A stretch of 64,000 bases of DNA from Dehalococcoidia bacterium (GTDB lineage: Bacteria > Chloroflexota > Dehalococcoidia > UBA6926): the NCBI GenBank assembly GCA_963665385.1, contig OY762213.1, positions 1,833,211 to 1,897,210 of the forward strand, read 5' to 3'. The translations under genes were made by a program, and so were the position numbers. Below the pieces are notes generated by a model. It worked only from the letters and a program-made list of their open reading frames with translations. It was not told the origin of the DNA and searched no databases. Numbering within the stretch: position 1 is the first letter of the stretch; each line of letters starts with the position of its first letter. Shown one piece after another: positions 10,482-21,297 of this stretch.

Positions 10482-11699
10482 TTAGCGCGGGAGGCCAAGG
10501 CCTCGCTGCGCAATGATGTTCTTCTGGATCTCTCGCGTGCCGCCACCGATGCTGGTACCGATGCTCTGCCAACCGCGAGCGGGCAGGAAGCCTTCATCCG
10601 GCAGCGGGAAGCGGTCGCCGTTGCCCGGCAACAGGTTCCCGTAGCCGTCCATAATCTGCGAGAGGCCTCGGTAGATGTGCTGGAAAAGCTCATCACCGAA
10701 GAACTTGACCATCGAGGATTCCTTCTGCGGGATCATGCCCTCGCTCTGCATCCAGCCGACGCGGTAGCAGAGGGAGCGCAGCGTCTCCACGCGGACACGC
10801 CACTCGGCGAGGCGATGGCGGATTTCTGCACGAGCGATGGGCGTATCGCCGCCCTCGTCGCGCACCATGCCACACCAGTCAGTAAATTGTTCCAGTGTTC
10901 GGAGCAGCTGAGCCGGGCGGCCGATGTTGGAGCGCTCAAACGAGAGCGTGGTCATTGCGGCGTACCACCCGCGATTCTCTTCACCGATGATATTGTTCGC
11001 CGGTACGCGCCAGTTCTCCATGAACAGCTCATCCCAGCGGTGATTATTCGTGCCGTCCTTAATACCGCGAACCTGGATGCCCGGCATGTAGTTGCCGTCC
11101 TCATCCTTAAGCCGCGCCAGCAGGTACGTTATGCCCCGGTGCTTGGGCGCATCCGGGTCGGTTCGCACGAGGATGTGAATCCAATCGTTTCGATAAGTGC
11201 CCCAGATCTTTTGTCCGCTGACGACATAGTCGTCGCCATCACGGACGGCGCGAGTCTTGAGTCCGGCGAGGTCGGAACCGGCATCCGGCTCGGAGAACCC
11301 TTGCGAGAACTCGATGTCCGCATTCGCGATCTGTGGCAGGAATAGCTGCTTCTGCCATTCCTGTCCATGCACCATGAGCACGGGAGCGACAAGGCCGCCT
11401 CCCAGTGCTGCCGGCGCGTCGTGGTAGGACATAACCTCGCGATACGCAAGCTGCTTCTCAATAGAAGCGTCCTGGCCGCCGTACTCACTCGGCCAGTGCA
11501 TTGTGTACCAGCCCCTATTGACCAGCTTCTTGGCGAATTGGCGTGCAACCTCGTGACCGGCTTCGCGCTCTTCCTCGCTGCCGTGCCACCCGGCGAGGCC
11601 GCCTGTCAGGTCGTAACCGGGATTCTGCCATTCGCTCTTGACGAATTCTTCAGCCTCATCTCGGACGGCCTGCGCCTCTGCCGAAAATCGAAAGTCCAC
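10482..11699 (-). CDS. Acyl-CoA dehydrogenase-fold protein, MDFRF...IIAQRGLGLPR paralog (subfamily A)
   Basis: 405 aa. Starts MDFRFSAEAQ behind an AGGAGG RBS. The ACAD-like core has KESSMVKFFGDE and the protein ends GGGTREIQKNIIAQRGLGLPR. Confidence 0.85.
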   Translation of the reverse strand: MDFRFSAEAQAVRDEAEEFVKSEWQNPGYDLTGGLAGWHGSEEEREAGHEVARQFAKKLVNRGWYTMHWPSEYGGQDASIEKQLAYREVMSYHDAPAALGGGLVAPVLMVHGQEWQKQLFLPQIANADIEFSQGFSEPDAGSDLAGLKTRAVRDGDDYVVSGQKIWGTYRNDWIHILVRTDPDAPKHRGITYLLARLKDEDGNYMPGIQVRGIKDGTNNHRWDELFMENWRVPANNIIGEENRGWYAAMTTLSFERSNIGRPAQLLRTLEQFTDWCGMVRDEGGDTPIARAEIRHRLAEWRVRVETLRSLCYRVGWMQSEGMIPQKESSMVKFFGDELFQHIYRGLSQIMDGYGNLLPGNGDRFPLPDEGFLPARGWQSIGTSIGGGTREIQKNIIAQRGLGLPR

Positions 11700-11749
11700 T
11701 CCCCCCTCCTTTGCTCTACCCCTCTTGTGGAGTTTCCCGTGATTCGTCG

Positions 11750-12952
11750 TTAGCGCGGCAGGCCAAGTCCCCGCTGCGCAATAATCTGTCGCTGAACCTC
11801 AGTAGTGCCGCCGGCGACGCTGAGCGTACCCGACATGAATGCCCGGTTATTCAGGAATCCTTCGTTCGGCATGTCGATGCCCTCCTGCGTCGGCAGCAGA
11901 TTGCCGTACTCCTGGAGGCCACGGGCAAGAGTCTTCATCGTCTTCTGATACTGCACGTCCGCCCAGAGCTTGCTCATGGAGGATTCCTTCTGTGGGATCT
12001 CCCCTCTGCTCTGCATCCAGCCGACGCGGTAGGCAATCATACGCAGGGTCTCAATCTCGATGCGGAGATTCGCCATCTGGTGGCGGAACGGCGCGTCATC
12101 CAGCGGGCTGAAGCCACGTGTGGCCTTCAATTCGCGGACAAACGCGATGTATTCCTCGATTTGGCGCTGCATTGTAGCAGGGGCCTGAATGTTGGAGCGC
12201 TCAAAGGAGAGCGTCGTCATGGCCGTATACCATCCACGGTTTTCCTCACCGAGGATGTAACGGGCGGGAACGCGCCAGTTCTCCATGAATAGCTCATCCC
12301 AGCGATGGCGTCCGAGCGCATCAGGAATCTTTCGTACCTGTACACCCGGCATGAACTCACCGTCCGCGTCCTTTAGAGGTGCGAGGAGGTAGGTGATGCC
12401 ACGGTGCTTGGGGGCATCCGGGTCCGTCCGCACCAGGATGTGAATCCAAGGGTTGCGGTATGTACCCCAGATCTTCTGGCCGCTGATGATATAGTCATCG
12501 CCGTCACGGACGGCGCGTGTCTTGAGAGACCCGAGATCGGAACCCGCATCCGGCTCCGAAAAGCCCTGCGAGAACTCGAGGTCGGCGTTCGCGATACCCG
12601 GCAGAAATTCATCCTGCATCCACTTGGGAGCCGCCAGCATCAGGACTGGAGCAACCAGACCGCCGCCGAGCGATGCAGGCGCCCCGGCGTAGGACATGGC
12701 CTCACGGTAGGCCAGTTGCACCTCAATTGAGGCATCTTGCCCACCAAACTCACTGGGCCAGTGCATTGTCCACCAGCCTTTATTGACGAGCTTCTTCTCA
12801 AACTCGTTGACGGCTTCTTCAGCCTCGTCGACCTGGTGGTGCCAGTTGACGAGGATCTGCATATCCCAATTGCCGGGCTCCCACTCTTTGCGGGTGAATT
12901 CGATGGCGTCTTGCTGTATCTGCTGCGCCTCAGGCGTGAATCGGAAGTCCAT
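11750..12952 (-). CDS. Acyl-CoA dehydrogenase-fold paralog (subfamily A)
   Basis: 400 aa, MDFRFTPEAQ...AGGTTEVQRQIIAQRGLGLPR. It lies in tandem with the previous paralog. Confidence 0.85.
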   Translation of the reverse strand: MDFRFTPEAQQIQQDAIEFTRKEWEPGNWDMQILVNWHHQVDEAEEAVNEFEKKLVNKGWWTMHWPSEFGGQDASIEVQLAYREAMSYAGAPASLGGGLVAPVLMLAAPKWMQDEFLPGIANADLEFSQGFSEPDAGSDLGSLKTRAVRDGDDYIISGQKIWGTYRNPWIHILVRTDPDAPKHRGITYLLAPLKDADGEFMPGVQVRKIPDALGRHRWDELFMENWRVPARYILGEENRGWYTAMTTLSFERSNIQAPATMQRQIEEYIAFVRELKATRGFSPLDDAPFRHQMANLRIEIETLRMIAYRVGWMQSRGEIPQKESSMSKLWADVQYQKTMKTLARGLQEYGNLLPTQEGIDMPNEGFLNNRAFMSGTLSVAGGTTEVQRQIIAQRGLGLPR

Positions 12953-13072
12953 GTGGACAATCCCCCCTCTTGTTTATCCCACAAAGCGCCGCGTGACGAC
13001 CAGCGCGCCGCCTCCCTAACTCAACCCGTGAACGATAGCATGCACGCAATGCGGCGTAAAGCCTTAGGTAGT

Positions 13073-14257
13073 TCACGGCACAGGGCCTACGACGACGTAC
13101 TTCCTATCCACAGTCCTATCCGCAACCGGCAGCACCTGTACGACGACCCTGGTCAGCCCAACAACCTCGCCATTCGCGTCAAAGCTGTAGTTCTCACCAA
13201 TAGCGCCACTCCACGTGATCTCATACAGGCAGTCGCGAAAGCCGTCAGCGTCTCGATCATCGCCCGTCTGTCTCAGACACTCGGCAGCAATATAGATATC
13301 GTCATACGCAGATCCCAGGTGCCACGGCAACGTCACATAGTCATAGCGATCCCTAAAATCCGCGAGGACCTGCTGTGCCTTTTCGTTATCAGGGTCGAGG
13401 TCGGCCGTGATAGCTTTCACGCCTGTCGCGGCCTCGCCAGCAATCTCCAATGCTGTTGTCCCGACCGACACCGTTTCCGCGTATATCGGGCCCGTATAGC
13501 CGAGTTCCCTGGCTTGCTTCATGATTGAGCCTGCTGAGAATTCAGATTGGGGAGCTATATGTATGGCATCCGGGTTGGACTGGAAGAGCTTCGTCAGATG
13601 CACCCTAAAGTCAATGGTGTCCGACTGATAGCGCTCCGCAGCCGCAACTTGGCCGCCATGCATTTCGAATTGAGCAACTGAGGTCCGCCGAACGCCCTCC
13701 GCGTAGTCTGTGGTCTCCGTGATTGTTGCAAGGGTGCGGATTCCATCTTCCCATAAGGCATTGCCAGTAACAATTCCAACCTGTACATCGCTTATCTGCG
13801 TCCTGAATATATAGTCGCCGGCATTGGCAATATCAGGGTTGCTTGCGAGACCGGAGAAGAGAATCACGCCGTCAGCTTCTGCCAGGGGCGCAACGGCAAG
13901 CATGGCACCACTACATGAGGGGCCCAGGATGATCTTCATACCATCAGCGCGGGTGAGTTTGTTGTATGCGGCGATCGCATCCTGAGCAGCGCATTTTGAA
14001 TCCTCGACAACAAACTCGAGCGGGCGGCCATCAATTCCGCCTGTGGCATTAATCTCGTCGGCAGCCATCTGCTTTGCCTGGCTTGCCACCGTGCCGTACG
14101 TCTCACCGGGACCGGTCAGCGACTCCATAACACCAATCGTGAAAGGCTCCGCTTGCTGACCCTCATCTGTCGATGTACAAGCGAGAAGGGTAAGCGCCAG
14201 CGGAAGCAAAGAGAGAGCGACACTTATTTTCGCGAGCTTACCGATAGGGAGATTCAT
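13073..14257 (-). CDS. Branched-chain amino acid-type ABC transporter substrate-binding lipoprotein (periplasmic binding protein type I, LivJ-like)
   Basis: The likely start is MNLPIGK at 14257. A lipoprotein signal ends in the lipobox LLAC. GVMESLTGPGETYG...AADEINATGGIDGRPLEFVVEDSKC is typical of the Leu/Ile/Val-binding family. No permease or ATPase genes are adjacent. Confidence 0.82.
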   Translation of the reverse strand: MNLPIGKLAKISVALSLLPLALTLLACTSTDEGQQAEPFTIGVMESLTGPGETYGTVASQAKQMAADEINATGGIDGRPLEFVVEDSKCAAQDAIAAYNKLTRADGMKIILGPSCSGAMLAVAPLAEADGVILFSGLASNPDIANAGDYIFRTQISDVQVGIVTGNALWEDGIRTLATITETTDYAEGVRRTSVAQFEMHGGQVAAAERYQSDTIDFRVHLTKLFQSNPDAIHIAPQSEFSAGSIMKQARELGYTGPIYAETVSVGTTALEIAGEAATGVKAITADLDPDNEKAQQVLADFRDRYDYVTLPWHLGSAYDDIYIAAECLRQTGDDRDADGFRDCLYEITWSGAIGENYSFDANGEVVGLTRVVVQVLPVADRTVDRKYVVVGPVP

Positions 14258-14380
14258 TTGGGATTCGGTTTGCCTCTTGATGTTCGCTGTGTTCTTGATT
14301 TCTTTGGTGGCTTCCACATAGCAGAGTAACGCAGAGGCGACCAAATGGCCGCCCCTGCCCGTTTGTCCTGCTCGAAGTAG

Positions 14381-15592
14381 CTATCGCGGCAGACCCAAGC
14401 CACGCTGGGCGATGATGTTGGGGCCCAGGGCCAGTCCGCCACCACCGCCAAAGCCTGTCGTCATGGACAACGCGTAGTTCGTGCCGTACTTGCCATCACC
14501 CGGCGCGCGGCTCTCTCCCTTGAGCAGTGCCCGATATGGCCCAATCGCCTTGGCAAGCGCGGGCCAGAAAGTGAACTTGGCTGTCGCAAGCGCACGGTAG
14601 CCGGAGATTGCCCCCTCCGCCTGAGGCACTTCACCGTTCGCCTGCATCCACGCCACGCGATAGGCCAGCATCCGATCGGCCTCCAGCGTGATTCGTGCGT
14701 CGGCAAGGATGTGTCGAATCACATCATCCTTGAGCGGCGATTCGCCGTTGAACGTGATCCCGCGCATCTCTGCAAGGTAGCGATCCAGCACGCCGATAAG
14801 CCGGGCAGCACCGTCAATGCCTGTTCGCTCAAAGTTGAGCGTCGTCATCGCGGCGTACCACCCGCGGTTGACCTCGCCGATGATCTGGTGACGCGGCACA
14901 CGGACTTCGTCCATGAACACCTCGTTCCAGCGACGACGGCCCAGCATGTCATACAGCGGGCGCAGGGTGATGCCGGGCATCTGGTTTCCCTCATCATCCT
15001 TGAGCTGCATGGCCAGATACGTGATACCACGATGCTTGGGTGCTTCCGGATCCGTGCGCACAAGTACGTGGTACCAGTTGGCGAAGTGTGAACCGGACGA
15101 CCATATCTTCTGCCCGGTGACGACAAAATCGTCTCCGTCCTCCACACCGCGCGTCGTCAGCGATGCAAGGTCCGTACCCGCATTGGGCTCGGAGAAGCCC
15201 TGCGCCCAGTTGACGGTATTGTTCTGCATTCCGGTCAGGAAGTTCTCTTTCATCCAGTCCGTGCCGTGGATCATGATTGCCCCGGCGACGTTGGCCTGCG
15301 GCTGTGAGGCGGGAGCGTTGTGGTAGGCCATCTCCTCTGAATAAACGAGTTGGCGTGAGATGGGCGCGTCCTGCCCGCCGTATTCCTCCGGCCACGCCAT
15401 CGTCCACCAGCCCCGCTCAATCAGCTTCTTCTGGAAATCCTCTGCATGATCACGAGCGCCCGGATTATCGAAGTCATACGACCAGACGTTCATCGCGTAG
15501 GCGTCGTAATCCTTGGGGTCCCACTCCGTGGCAAGGAAGTCGCGCAGTTCGGTTCGAAAGGCCTCATCGGCGGGGTTAGTCGAGAAATCCAT
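14381..15592 (-). CDS. Acyl-CoA dehydrogenase-fold paralog (subfamily B, ends GGGGG...PNIIAQRGLGLPR)
   Basis: 403 aa, MDFSTNPADEAFRTELRDF...GFGGGGGLALGPNIIAQRGLGLPR. Confidence 0.85.
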   Translation of the reverse strand: MDFSTNPADEAFRTELRDFLATEWDPKDYDAYAMNVWSYDFDNPGARDHAEDFQKKLIERGWWTMAWPEEYGGQDAPISRQLVYSEEMAYHNAPASQPQANVAGAIMIHGTDWMKENFLTGMQNNTVNWAQGFSEPNAGTDLASLTTRGVEDGDDFVVTGQKIWSSGSHFANWYHVLVRTDPEAPKHRGITYLAMQLKDDEGNQMPGITLRPLYDMLGRRRWNEVFMDEVRVPRHQIIGEVNRGWYAAMTTLNFERTGIDGAARLIGVLDRYLAEMRGITFNGESPLKDDVIRHILADARITLEADRMLAYRVAWMQANGEVPQAEGAISGYRALATAKFTFWPALAKAIGPYRALLKGESRAPGDGKYGTNYALSMTTGFGGGGGLALGPNIIAQRGLGLPR

Positions 15593-15730
15593 CCTGCCTC
15601 CCCTTCATCGTTCAACGATGACTTGGCGACGCTGTCACATCGACGGCACCGCATTCATGCGCGCAATGTAGCACCGCACGAGTGCGCGGTAAAGGCAGAC
15701 GGAGCCCTTCGAACAGGTTGAGGGCGTCCG

Positions 15731-16135
15731 CTAGGACGTTGCGCCGATAATCGTTCCCATCACGGTGAATGTGACGACGTGATAACCGGCGTTGATAACG
15801 AAGAGCGTCGGGGATTTCTTTTCGAAGAGGTAGGTAACGGCAAATGAGGCGGCGATGAACGCAGCACCGACGGTGAGTCCGATGCGCAAACCTTCGAGCA
15901 AGGATGAACCGTCACCGATGACCAGGGAGAGGACGTAACTGGCGATGAGCAGCATGACGAACGAGCCGCCAAACATGCGAATGAGATTGCCCTGGTGGTC
16001 ATCCTCCGTGAAGCCGTTCTCTCGCATCCACGGCTTGGCAAACAGGATCGGCGAGTACCAAGCGCCCCCAATCACAAACGCCACAAGCGTCGCGGCAATG
16101 ATACCGATGTAGTTGAGATCCGTATTGAAATCCAT
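15731..16135 (-). CDS. DUF1761 family small membrane protein
   Basis: 134 aa with four predicted TM helices. The N-terminus MDFNTDLNYIGIIAATLVAFVIGGAWYSPILFAKPW matches the DUF1761 pattern. Confidence 0.65.
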   Translation of the reverse strand: MDFNTDLNYIGIIAATLVAFVIGGAWYSPILFAKPWMRENGFTEDDHQGNLIRMFGGSFVMLLIASYVLSLVIGDGSSLLEGLRIGLTVGAAFIAASFAVTYLFEKKSPTLFVINAGYHVVTFTVMGTIIGATS

Positions 16136-16190
16136 GAGCCCATGTCCTTACTCCCACTGCCGACGCCCCAGTGTAGAGTAAGTAATCCTA

Positions 16191-18158
16191 TTAGTCAGTT
16201 CGAAACATGTACCGCAAGTCAAACAGACCGTAGAGTGTGGCCGTCATGTTCCCAAAGACATTGCGGACGGCGGAGATTCTCTCAGAGAGCGTCGTGTAGA
16301 TGATCGGCACGTTCTCTGCCGCTATTTCCTGCGCCTGGTGGTATAACGCTATACGCCTTTGCCGATCCAATTCCTTGCTGCCACTGATGTACAGCGCGTC
16401 GATTTCCGCCTCCCAGTCCGTAGCAGGTTCCAATTGGTTGGGGTGCCAGAGGTGTAAGCCTTCGCTGCTGTGCCAGACGTTTATTCCGCCATGGGGCTCT
16501 GTCCCGCCCGTCAAGCCGATGACAACAGTTTCCCAGTCGTAGGTGCTGGTTAGCTGTCCCACGATCTGCCCAAAATCGACCACAGTGTAGTTAACGTCCA
16601 ATCCGATGGCTTGCATTCCCTCGTGGGCGATTGAACCGACAGCCTGCCGGACGCTATTCCCCTCGTTCGTTGTTAGTGTAAAAGCTATATTCTCGCCGTC
16701 ATCATCTTCGCGGATGCCGTCGCCGTCCATATCGATCCAGCCCAGGCTGTCGAGGATCTCGTTCGCTTTGTCGAGGCTGTATTCGTACTGCCGGACGTTC
16801 GGATTGTGAAAATCGCCTGCAGCCGGGCTGATGGACGACCACTGTGGGTAGCCGAATCCGTGCTGCGCCTCATTGATGATTCGTTCCTTGTCGATGACGT
16901 GAGCGACGGCCTGCCGAAACTGAGTGTTGCTGAACCACTCATGCTTGCGAGGGTCCAGATACGGCTCACCGGTTTCAGGGTTTTGCCCGGGATTCACGTT
17001 GAATGCCAGGAAAGTCGTGCCAAAGGTTGGGCCGCGCCGATAGATCGTGAAGTTCTGGTCATCTTGCAAGGGCTCCAACTGCGCATATTCCTCGCCGAGT
17101 ACTCCATGAATATCGGTCTGACCGGACAAGAAGTAGGAGAGTTCATCCTCCAACTCGGGGACGATCAAGTGCACGACTCGATCCAGGTACGGGAGACCGT
17201 TGCCGTCGTTATCCGTCAGCCAATACCCAGGATTCCGCTCCATGACGACGCGCTCGCCCGGAATATAGGTTTCGATGGTGAACGGCCCGGTTCCGATGAT
17301 GTCTGAGGGGGCAGTGTTAATGTCCCAGGTCGAATTGAACGTGCCGTCATCCACATGCTTCTGAAGGATGTGCCTGGGATAGATGGCCGTGCCCATACTG
17401 CGCAGGAAGGGAGCGAACGGTTGCGGCAGGATGCACACAACTGTGTGCTCATCCACCGCCACGACGGTCATCGGGGATTCCCGCCATTCCCCCGTATCCT
17501 CATCCTGGAAACGGAAGTGGAAGGCGGGACGGGCGCTGGCAGGTATGTCGTGGTTATAGATGATGCTATTGAACGTAAACTCCACGTCGCGGGCCGTGAA
17601 CGGCCTATCATCGTGCCAGAAGACATCGTCACGCAAGTGGAATGTCCACGTCATCCCGTCCTCTGATGTCTCCCAGGACCTCGCCAACGACGGTTCGACG
17701 CGATCGGTCAGCCACGAGGTTTCAGTGAGTCCCTCAAAGAGATAGGACAGAACCCCGGACGAAGAGGCGTCACTCGCAATTGCCAGGTTGAACGTCAGCG
17801 GATCAGAAATCGTGGCAATTGTCAGATCTCCCCCATGGTCACCGATTGCGTATTGAAACTGCTCGGCATTGGCCTTGAGTAGATCGGTAACAGAAGGCCC
17901 CACGCTGACGTCCGGTTCGGTTAAGAGTGTCGGGGTTGCCGTTGGAGCCAGTGTTGGAATCACGATTGCCGTAGCAGATGGAATTGGAGTCACGATAGTG
18001 ACCGCCGGGACGGATGGCGAAGCATCCGAGGTGGGAGGCGTTGGCGTTGCGTCTTCACCACAGGCCACCAGGAGAAGTACCAGCGAAAGCGCCAAAATGA
18101 GTGGAATGCTGGTCAGTCTGACCGACGCAGCGCGCGTCCTTTCCCAAGCCATACGCAC
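16191..18158 (-). CDS. ABC transporter substrate-binding lipoprotein, family 5 (peptide/nickel, OppA/DppA-like)
   Basis: 655 aa. The signal plus lipobox is LLVACGED, followed by a Thr/Pro-rich linker. The family-5 SBP core includes PLTFNLAIASDASS...LFEGLTE. No cognate permease or ATPase is nearby. Confidence 0.85.
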   Translation of the reverse strand: MRMAWERTRAASVRLTSIPLILALSLVLLLVACGEDATPTPPTSDASPSVPAVTIVTPIPSATAIVIPTLAPTATPTLLTEPDVSVGPSVTDLLKANAEQFQYAIGDHGGDLTIATISDPLTFNLAIASDASSSGVLSYLFEGLTETSWLTDRVEPSLARSWETSEDGMTWTFHLRDDVFWHDDRPFTARDVEFTFNSIIYNHDIPASARPAFHFRFQDEDTGEWRESPMTVVAVDEHTVVCILPQPFAPFLRSMGTAIYPRHILQKHVDDGTFNSTWDINTAPSDIIGTGPFTIETYIPGERVVMERNPGYWLTDNDGNGLPYLDRVVHLIVPELEDELSYFLSGQTDIHGVLGEEYAQLEPLQDDQNFTIYRRGPTFGTTFLAFNVNPGQNPETGEPYLDPRKHEWFSNTQFRQAVAHVIDKERIINEAQHGFGYPQWSSISPAAGDFHNPNVRQYEYSLDKANEILDSLGWIDMDGDGIREDDDGENIAFTLTTNEGNSVRQAVGSIAHEGMQAIGLDVNYTVVDFGQIVGQLTSTYDWETVVIGLTGGTEPHGGINVWHSSEGLHLWHPNQLEPATDWEAEIDALYISGSKELDRQRRIALYHQAQEIAAENVPIIYTTLSERISAVRNVFGNMTATLYGLFDLRYMFRTD

Positions 18159-18299
18159 GTATCCCTTTCACTGACTGCGTGGAATTCCGGCTCGCCCATT
18201 CCCTGGCCGGGCCGGAGCTTGCCTCTCCCGCATTATAGGGACGTTTCCCGGAGTCGCCCCGCTTCTGAGACTATGCGCCCCACAACCAAACGTACTGGC

Positions 18300-18342
18300 C
18301 ACAAAAATGAGACTCCCGCGCCCTTGTCAGGGCACGGGAGTG
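18300..18342 (-). terminator. Intrinsic terminator downstream of ACAD paralog 18382..19593
   Basis: On the minus strand, the hairpin CTCCCGTGCCCT-GACA-AGGGCGCGGGAG (plus-strand 18313-18340) is followed by TCTCATTTTTGTGG (plus-strand A-tract 18302-18310). Confidence 0.55.
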
Positions 18343-18381
18343 CGTGACGTACCAAGCGGCCATGAATGCCGCACTGTTCTG

Positions 18382-19593
18382 TTAGCGAGGGAGTCCTAGT
18401 CCTCGTTGGGCGATGATGTTCGGGCCCAGCAGGATGCCGCCGCCGCCGCCGAATCCCAGCGACAGTGAGATGGCGTTGTACGCGCCATAGTAGCCGTTAT
18501 GGGGCGCCCTGTCCTCGCCACGATTCAGGATGCCGTAGTCTCCGATGATTTTGGCGAGTGTCGGCCAGAAGTGCAGTTTCGCTGTCACCTGGTTGCGATA
18601 GCCTGAGATTGCGCCCTCATGCTGCGGCACATCGCCGCGGGCCTGCATCCATGCCACGCGATTGGCCAGCTGCCTGTCGGCCTCGATGGTGACACGCAGG
18701 TCAGCCAGCTTGTGGCGCACCAACGGGTCCTCCAGGATGGGTTGACCGTTGAACTTTGTATCCCTGAGCAGATCCATGAAACGCTCAAGGATGCCGATGT
18801 GGCGGACGGGGCCCTCCGTGCCTGTGCGCTCAAAGTTCAACGTGGTCATGGCGGCATACCAGCCGCGGTTGACCTCACCGAGCACGTACTTCTTGGGTAC
18901 GCGCACGCCGTCCATAAAGACCTCACACCAGCGCCAGCGCCCCATCATGTCGTACAGGGGACGGAGAGTGAGTCCGTCCGGTCGCGACCCCTGCTCGTCC
19001 TTCAAATTGACGAGCAGATATGTGATGCCGCGGTGCTTGGGTGCCTCCGGGTCAGTGCGGACAAGCACGTGATACCAGTCCGCGAGATGCGCGCCGGACG
19101 ACCATATCTTCTGGCCGGTGATGACGAAATCATCACCATCCTCAACAGCACGCGTCTGGAGAGAAGCGAGATCCGTGCCAGCGTTCGGCTCCGAGAAACC
19201 CTGCGCCCACTCGATGTCGCCGTTGGCCATGCGCGGCAGGAACTCATCCTTCACTTCATCGGAGGCATGGAACATGAGCGCGCCGGTGATGTTGGACTGC
19301 GGTGAGCCGCCCGGCGCGTTGGCGTATGCCAGTTCCTCCTTGTAGATGAACTGCTGGTTAACGGGATAGTCCGTGCCGCCAAATTCCTTTGGCCACGTCA
19401 TCGTGTACCAGCCCTTATCGACAAGCTTCTTCACGAAGTCCTTATCGTTATCGCGGGACTCCTGCATATCGAAGTCCCAGGAGCGGACGGCCATGCTGTG
19501 GCCGTCAAAGCCCTTGTTGTCCCAATTGCTATTGATGAAGTCGCGCACCTCTGCGCGAAACGCCTGATCCTTGGGATCCTCTCGAAAATCCAT
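18382..19593 (-). CDS. Acyl-CoA dehydrogenase-fold paralog (subfamily B)
   Basis: About 403 aa from MDFREDPKDQAFRAEVRDF at 19593, with a GGAGG RBS. It ends GFGGGGGILLGPNIIAQRGLGLPR. The ORF-track upstream extension is probably spurious. Confidence 0.85.
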   Translation of the reverse strand: MDFREDPKDQAFRAEVRDFINSNWDNKGFDGHSMAVRSWDFDMQESRDNDKDFVKKLVDKGWYTMTWPKEFGGTDYPVNQQFIYKEELAYANAPGGSPQSNITGALMFHASDEVKDEFLPRMANGDIEWAQGFSEPNAGTDLASLQTRAVEDGDDFVITGQKIWSSGAHLADWYHVLVRTDPEAPKHRGITYLLVNLKDEQGSRPDGLTLRPLYDMMGRWRWCEVFMDGVRVPKKYVLGEVNRGWYAAMTTLNFERTGTEGPVRHIGILERFMDLLRDTKFNGQPILEDPLVRHKLADLRVTIEADRQLANRVAWMQARGDVPQHEGAISGYRNQVTAKLHFWPTLAKIIGDYGILNRGEDRAPHNGYYGAYNAISLSLGFGGGGGILLGPNIIAQRGLGLPR

Positions 19594-19731
19594 CGAGCGC
19601 CTCCTGCCCCACCCATCGCCCGCGCGATGGCGTTCACCGCGCCAGCCCACGGGTCGGCGACGGTTATCGTTTCAAAGCTAGGCGCACTCTAGCACCGACA
19701 GTGGGCAGGGTAAAGGGGCGGCCAGTCCGCG

Positions 19732-20124
19732 TTACTCGTGGTGCAGGGGTGAGATCTGCGAGTGAGGGTTAGTGGTGCACTCGAATTGGAGGTGCCAGCG
19801 GGCGCGCGCCTCCCAATACGCGGCGCGGTTCAGGGCATCCCGTCGCTGCTCCTGCGTCCAGCCGGCGTAGTCGAAGGATGTCACGTCCTCCGGGCCGTCA
19901 CGGAACCATTCCTGACGCGCCCACCATTCGAGAGGCGTCATCGTGCCGCGCTCATTCTGGCCCGTCAACGCGCGATTGCAGTCCGGGCACGCCTGCACCA
20001 AATTGGCGAGGTGATCGCACCCGCCGCGATCAAGCGGAATCACGTGTTCCCAGTTGGGCTTCGGCCCAAAGTCAGTGAACGGGTCGGCGCAGTACGCGCA
20101 CTGCGCCCATTCGCGCTCCATCAT
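19732..20124 (-). CDS. HNH endonuclease
   Basis: 130 aa with CAYC...WEHVIPLDRGGCDHLANLVQACPDCN, an HNH motif with zinc-binding Cys pairs. It sits in a lower-GC segment. Confidence 0.75.
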   Translation of the reverse strand: MMEREWAQCAYCADPFTDFGPKPNWEHVIPLDRGGCDHLANLVQACPDCNRALTGQNERGTMTPLEWWARQEWFRDGPEDVTSFDYAGWTQEQRRDALNRAAYWEARARWHLQFECTTNPHSQISPLHHE

Positions 20125-20194
20125 GGCAGCTGCCTTCCTCCATCAGCTGGTTGTCACTCGTGATGTGGGACATGCACAAGTTATACCCATCACT

Positions 20195-21253
20195 TCACCA
20201 GGCACCAGCGCATTGGCTGAAAAGCCAGACCGCACCGGCTATCCAAAATGGGATTGAAAGGATGGTTGCACAGATCTCATTGACGTGGATCCCTTGTTTA
20301 GCATCACCCCTGTTAGGCGGCCCGGCTCTGCCCCCAGTACGGCGTTTGTTAAACGCTTCCCGCAGGTCCCCAGGGTCAGGCTCTTCCGGAATCCCCCACA
20401 TTGCCCGCCGCCGCACGGACACAGAGAACGACTCGAATCCTTTTCGAACCGCCTCTTCCATAACCGCATCAAGAAACCCTGCATCACGCGCTGCTCGCAT
20501 TGCCGGATAGCCGCCGCGTCGCGCCATCTCGGAGGCGGCCCCATACTGAATCGCCTCAAACGCTCGTTTCCATGCTTCTGATTCCAATGAGTCAACAGTG
20601 TGGCTTGCGCCAAGCTGGGCGCCAACCGCTGAGGCGGTCATCCCAAGACAATGGACACTCAAATCGACAATGATGGCTTCAGTCACGGACGCTGCTCGTT
20701 CACTTAGGGCATGTCGATACGCGTACCGCGCAGCCTCACTTTCAAGAGCATTCTTTGCGGCCTCTCGAACTGAGCGTGGTTGTCCTGTAAGAAAGCTCTC
20801 ACCTACTAACGCTGACTCCAGCGCGCTTTCATATACTGCGTGCCACAACCCAGTAGGCACGTCTTCAAGACGACCAAGCGATATATGGCTCCGTCTATGT
20901 GGCGTACGTGCCCCGACGTCATACCCGAATCTAAACGCCTCACGCCCCAAAGAGAAAACCACTAAGTCTTTCGCTTTGGTCAACTCCTCCTCAGGAACCG
21001 TAAACGTCTGGTGCATCCGGTCATACGCCGCCCTCTGTTCCTCATCCCGCAGGACCTCGTATGCCTCGTTGATCTCTTGCATCCGATCAACGGCGTCCGG
21101 GCTCTTATTTAGGTCCGGATGGAACTCTCGCGCACGCTCGCGAAATGCCGTGCGAATCTCCTCGAAACTGGCGTCTTCAGTGACGCCTAGTATCTCGTAA
21201 TAGGTCCTGTTCTGGGAGGTCATAAAGAGCTGAAAACGGTAGAACGTCGCCAT
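20195..21253 (-). CDS. J-domain (DnaJ-like) protein with a C-terminal transmembrane anchor
   Basis: The J domain [33 protein letters not shown]...[19 protein letters not shown] carries an HPD motif. The middle about 230 aa is unrecognised and the C-terminus has a hydrophobic helix [19 protein letters not shown]. The true start is probably the internal Met at 21223 ([14 protein letters not shown]). Confidence 0.75.
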   Translation of the reverse strand: MATFYRFQLFMTSQNRTYYEILGVTEDASFEEIRTAFRERAREFHPDLNKSPDAVDRMQEINEAYEVLRDEEQRAAYDRMHQTFTVPEEELTKAKDLVVFSLGREAFRFGYDVGARTPHRRSHISLGRLEDVPTGLWHAVYESALESALVGESFLTGQPRSVREAAKNALESEAARYAYRHALSERAASVTEAIIVDLSVHCLGMTASAVGAQLGASHTVDSLESEAWKRAFEAIQYGAASEMARRGGYPAMRAARDAGFLDAVMEEAVRKGFESFSVSVRRRAMWGIPEEPDPGDLREAFNKRRTGGRAGPPNRGDAKQGIHVNEICATILSIPFWIAGAVWLFSQCAGAW

Positions 21254-21297
21254 TTAGGGTACAGCTACCGTGAAAGACGAAGCCAGTAGAGCTTTGT

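Noticed and set aside
12737-13528. 263-aa plus-strand ORF overlapping the BCAA-type SBP gene
   Set aside because: It is antisense. The minus-strand SBP has a lipoprotein signal and a family match.
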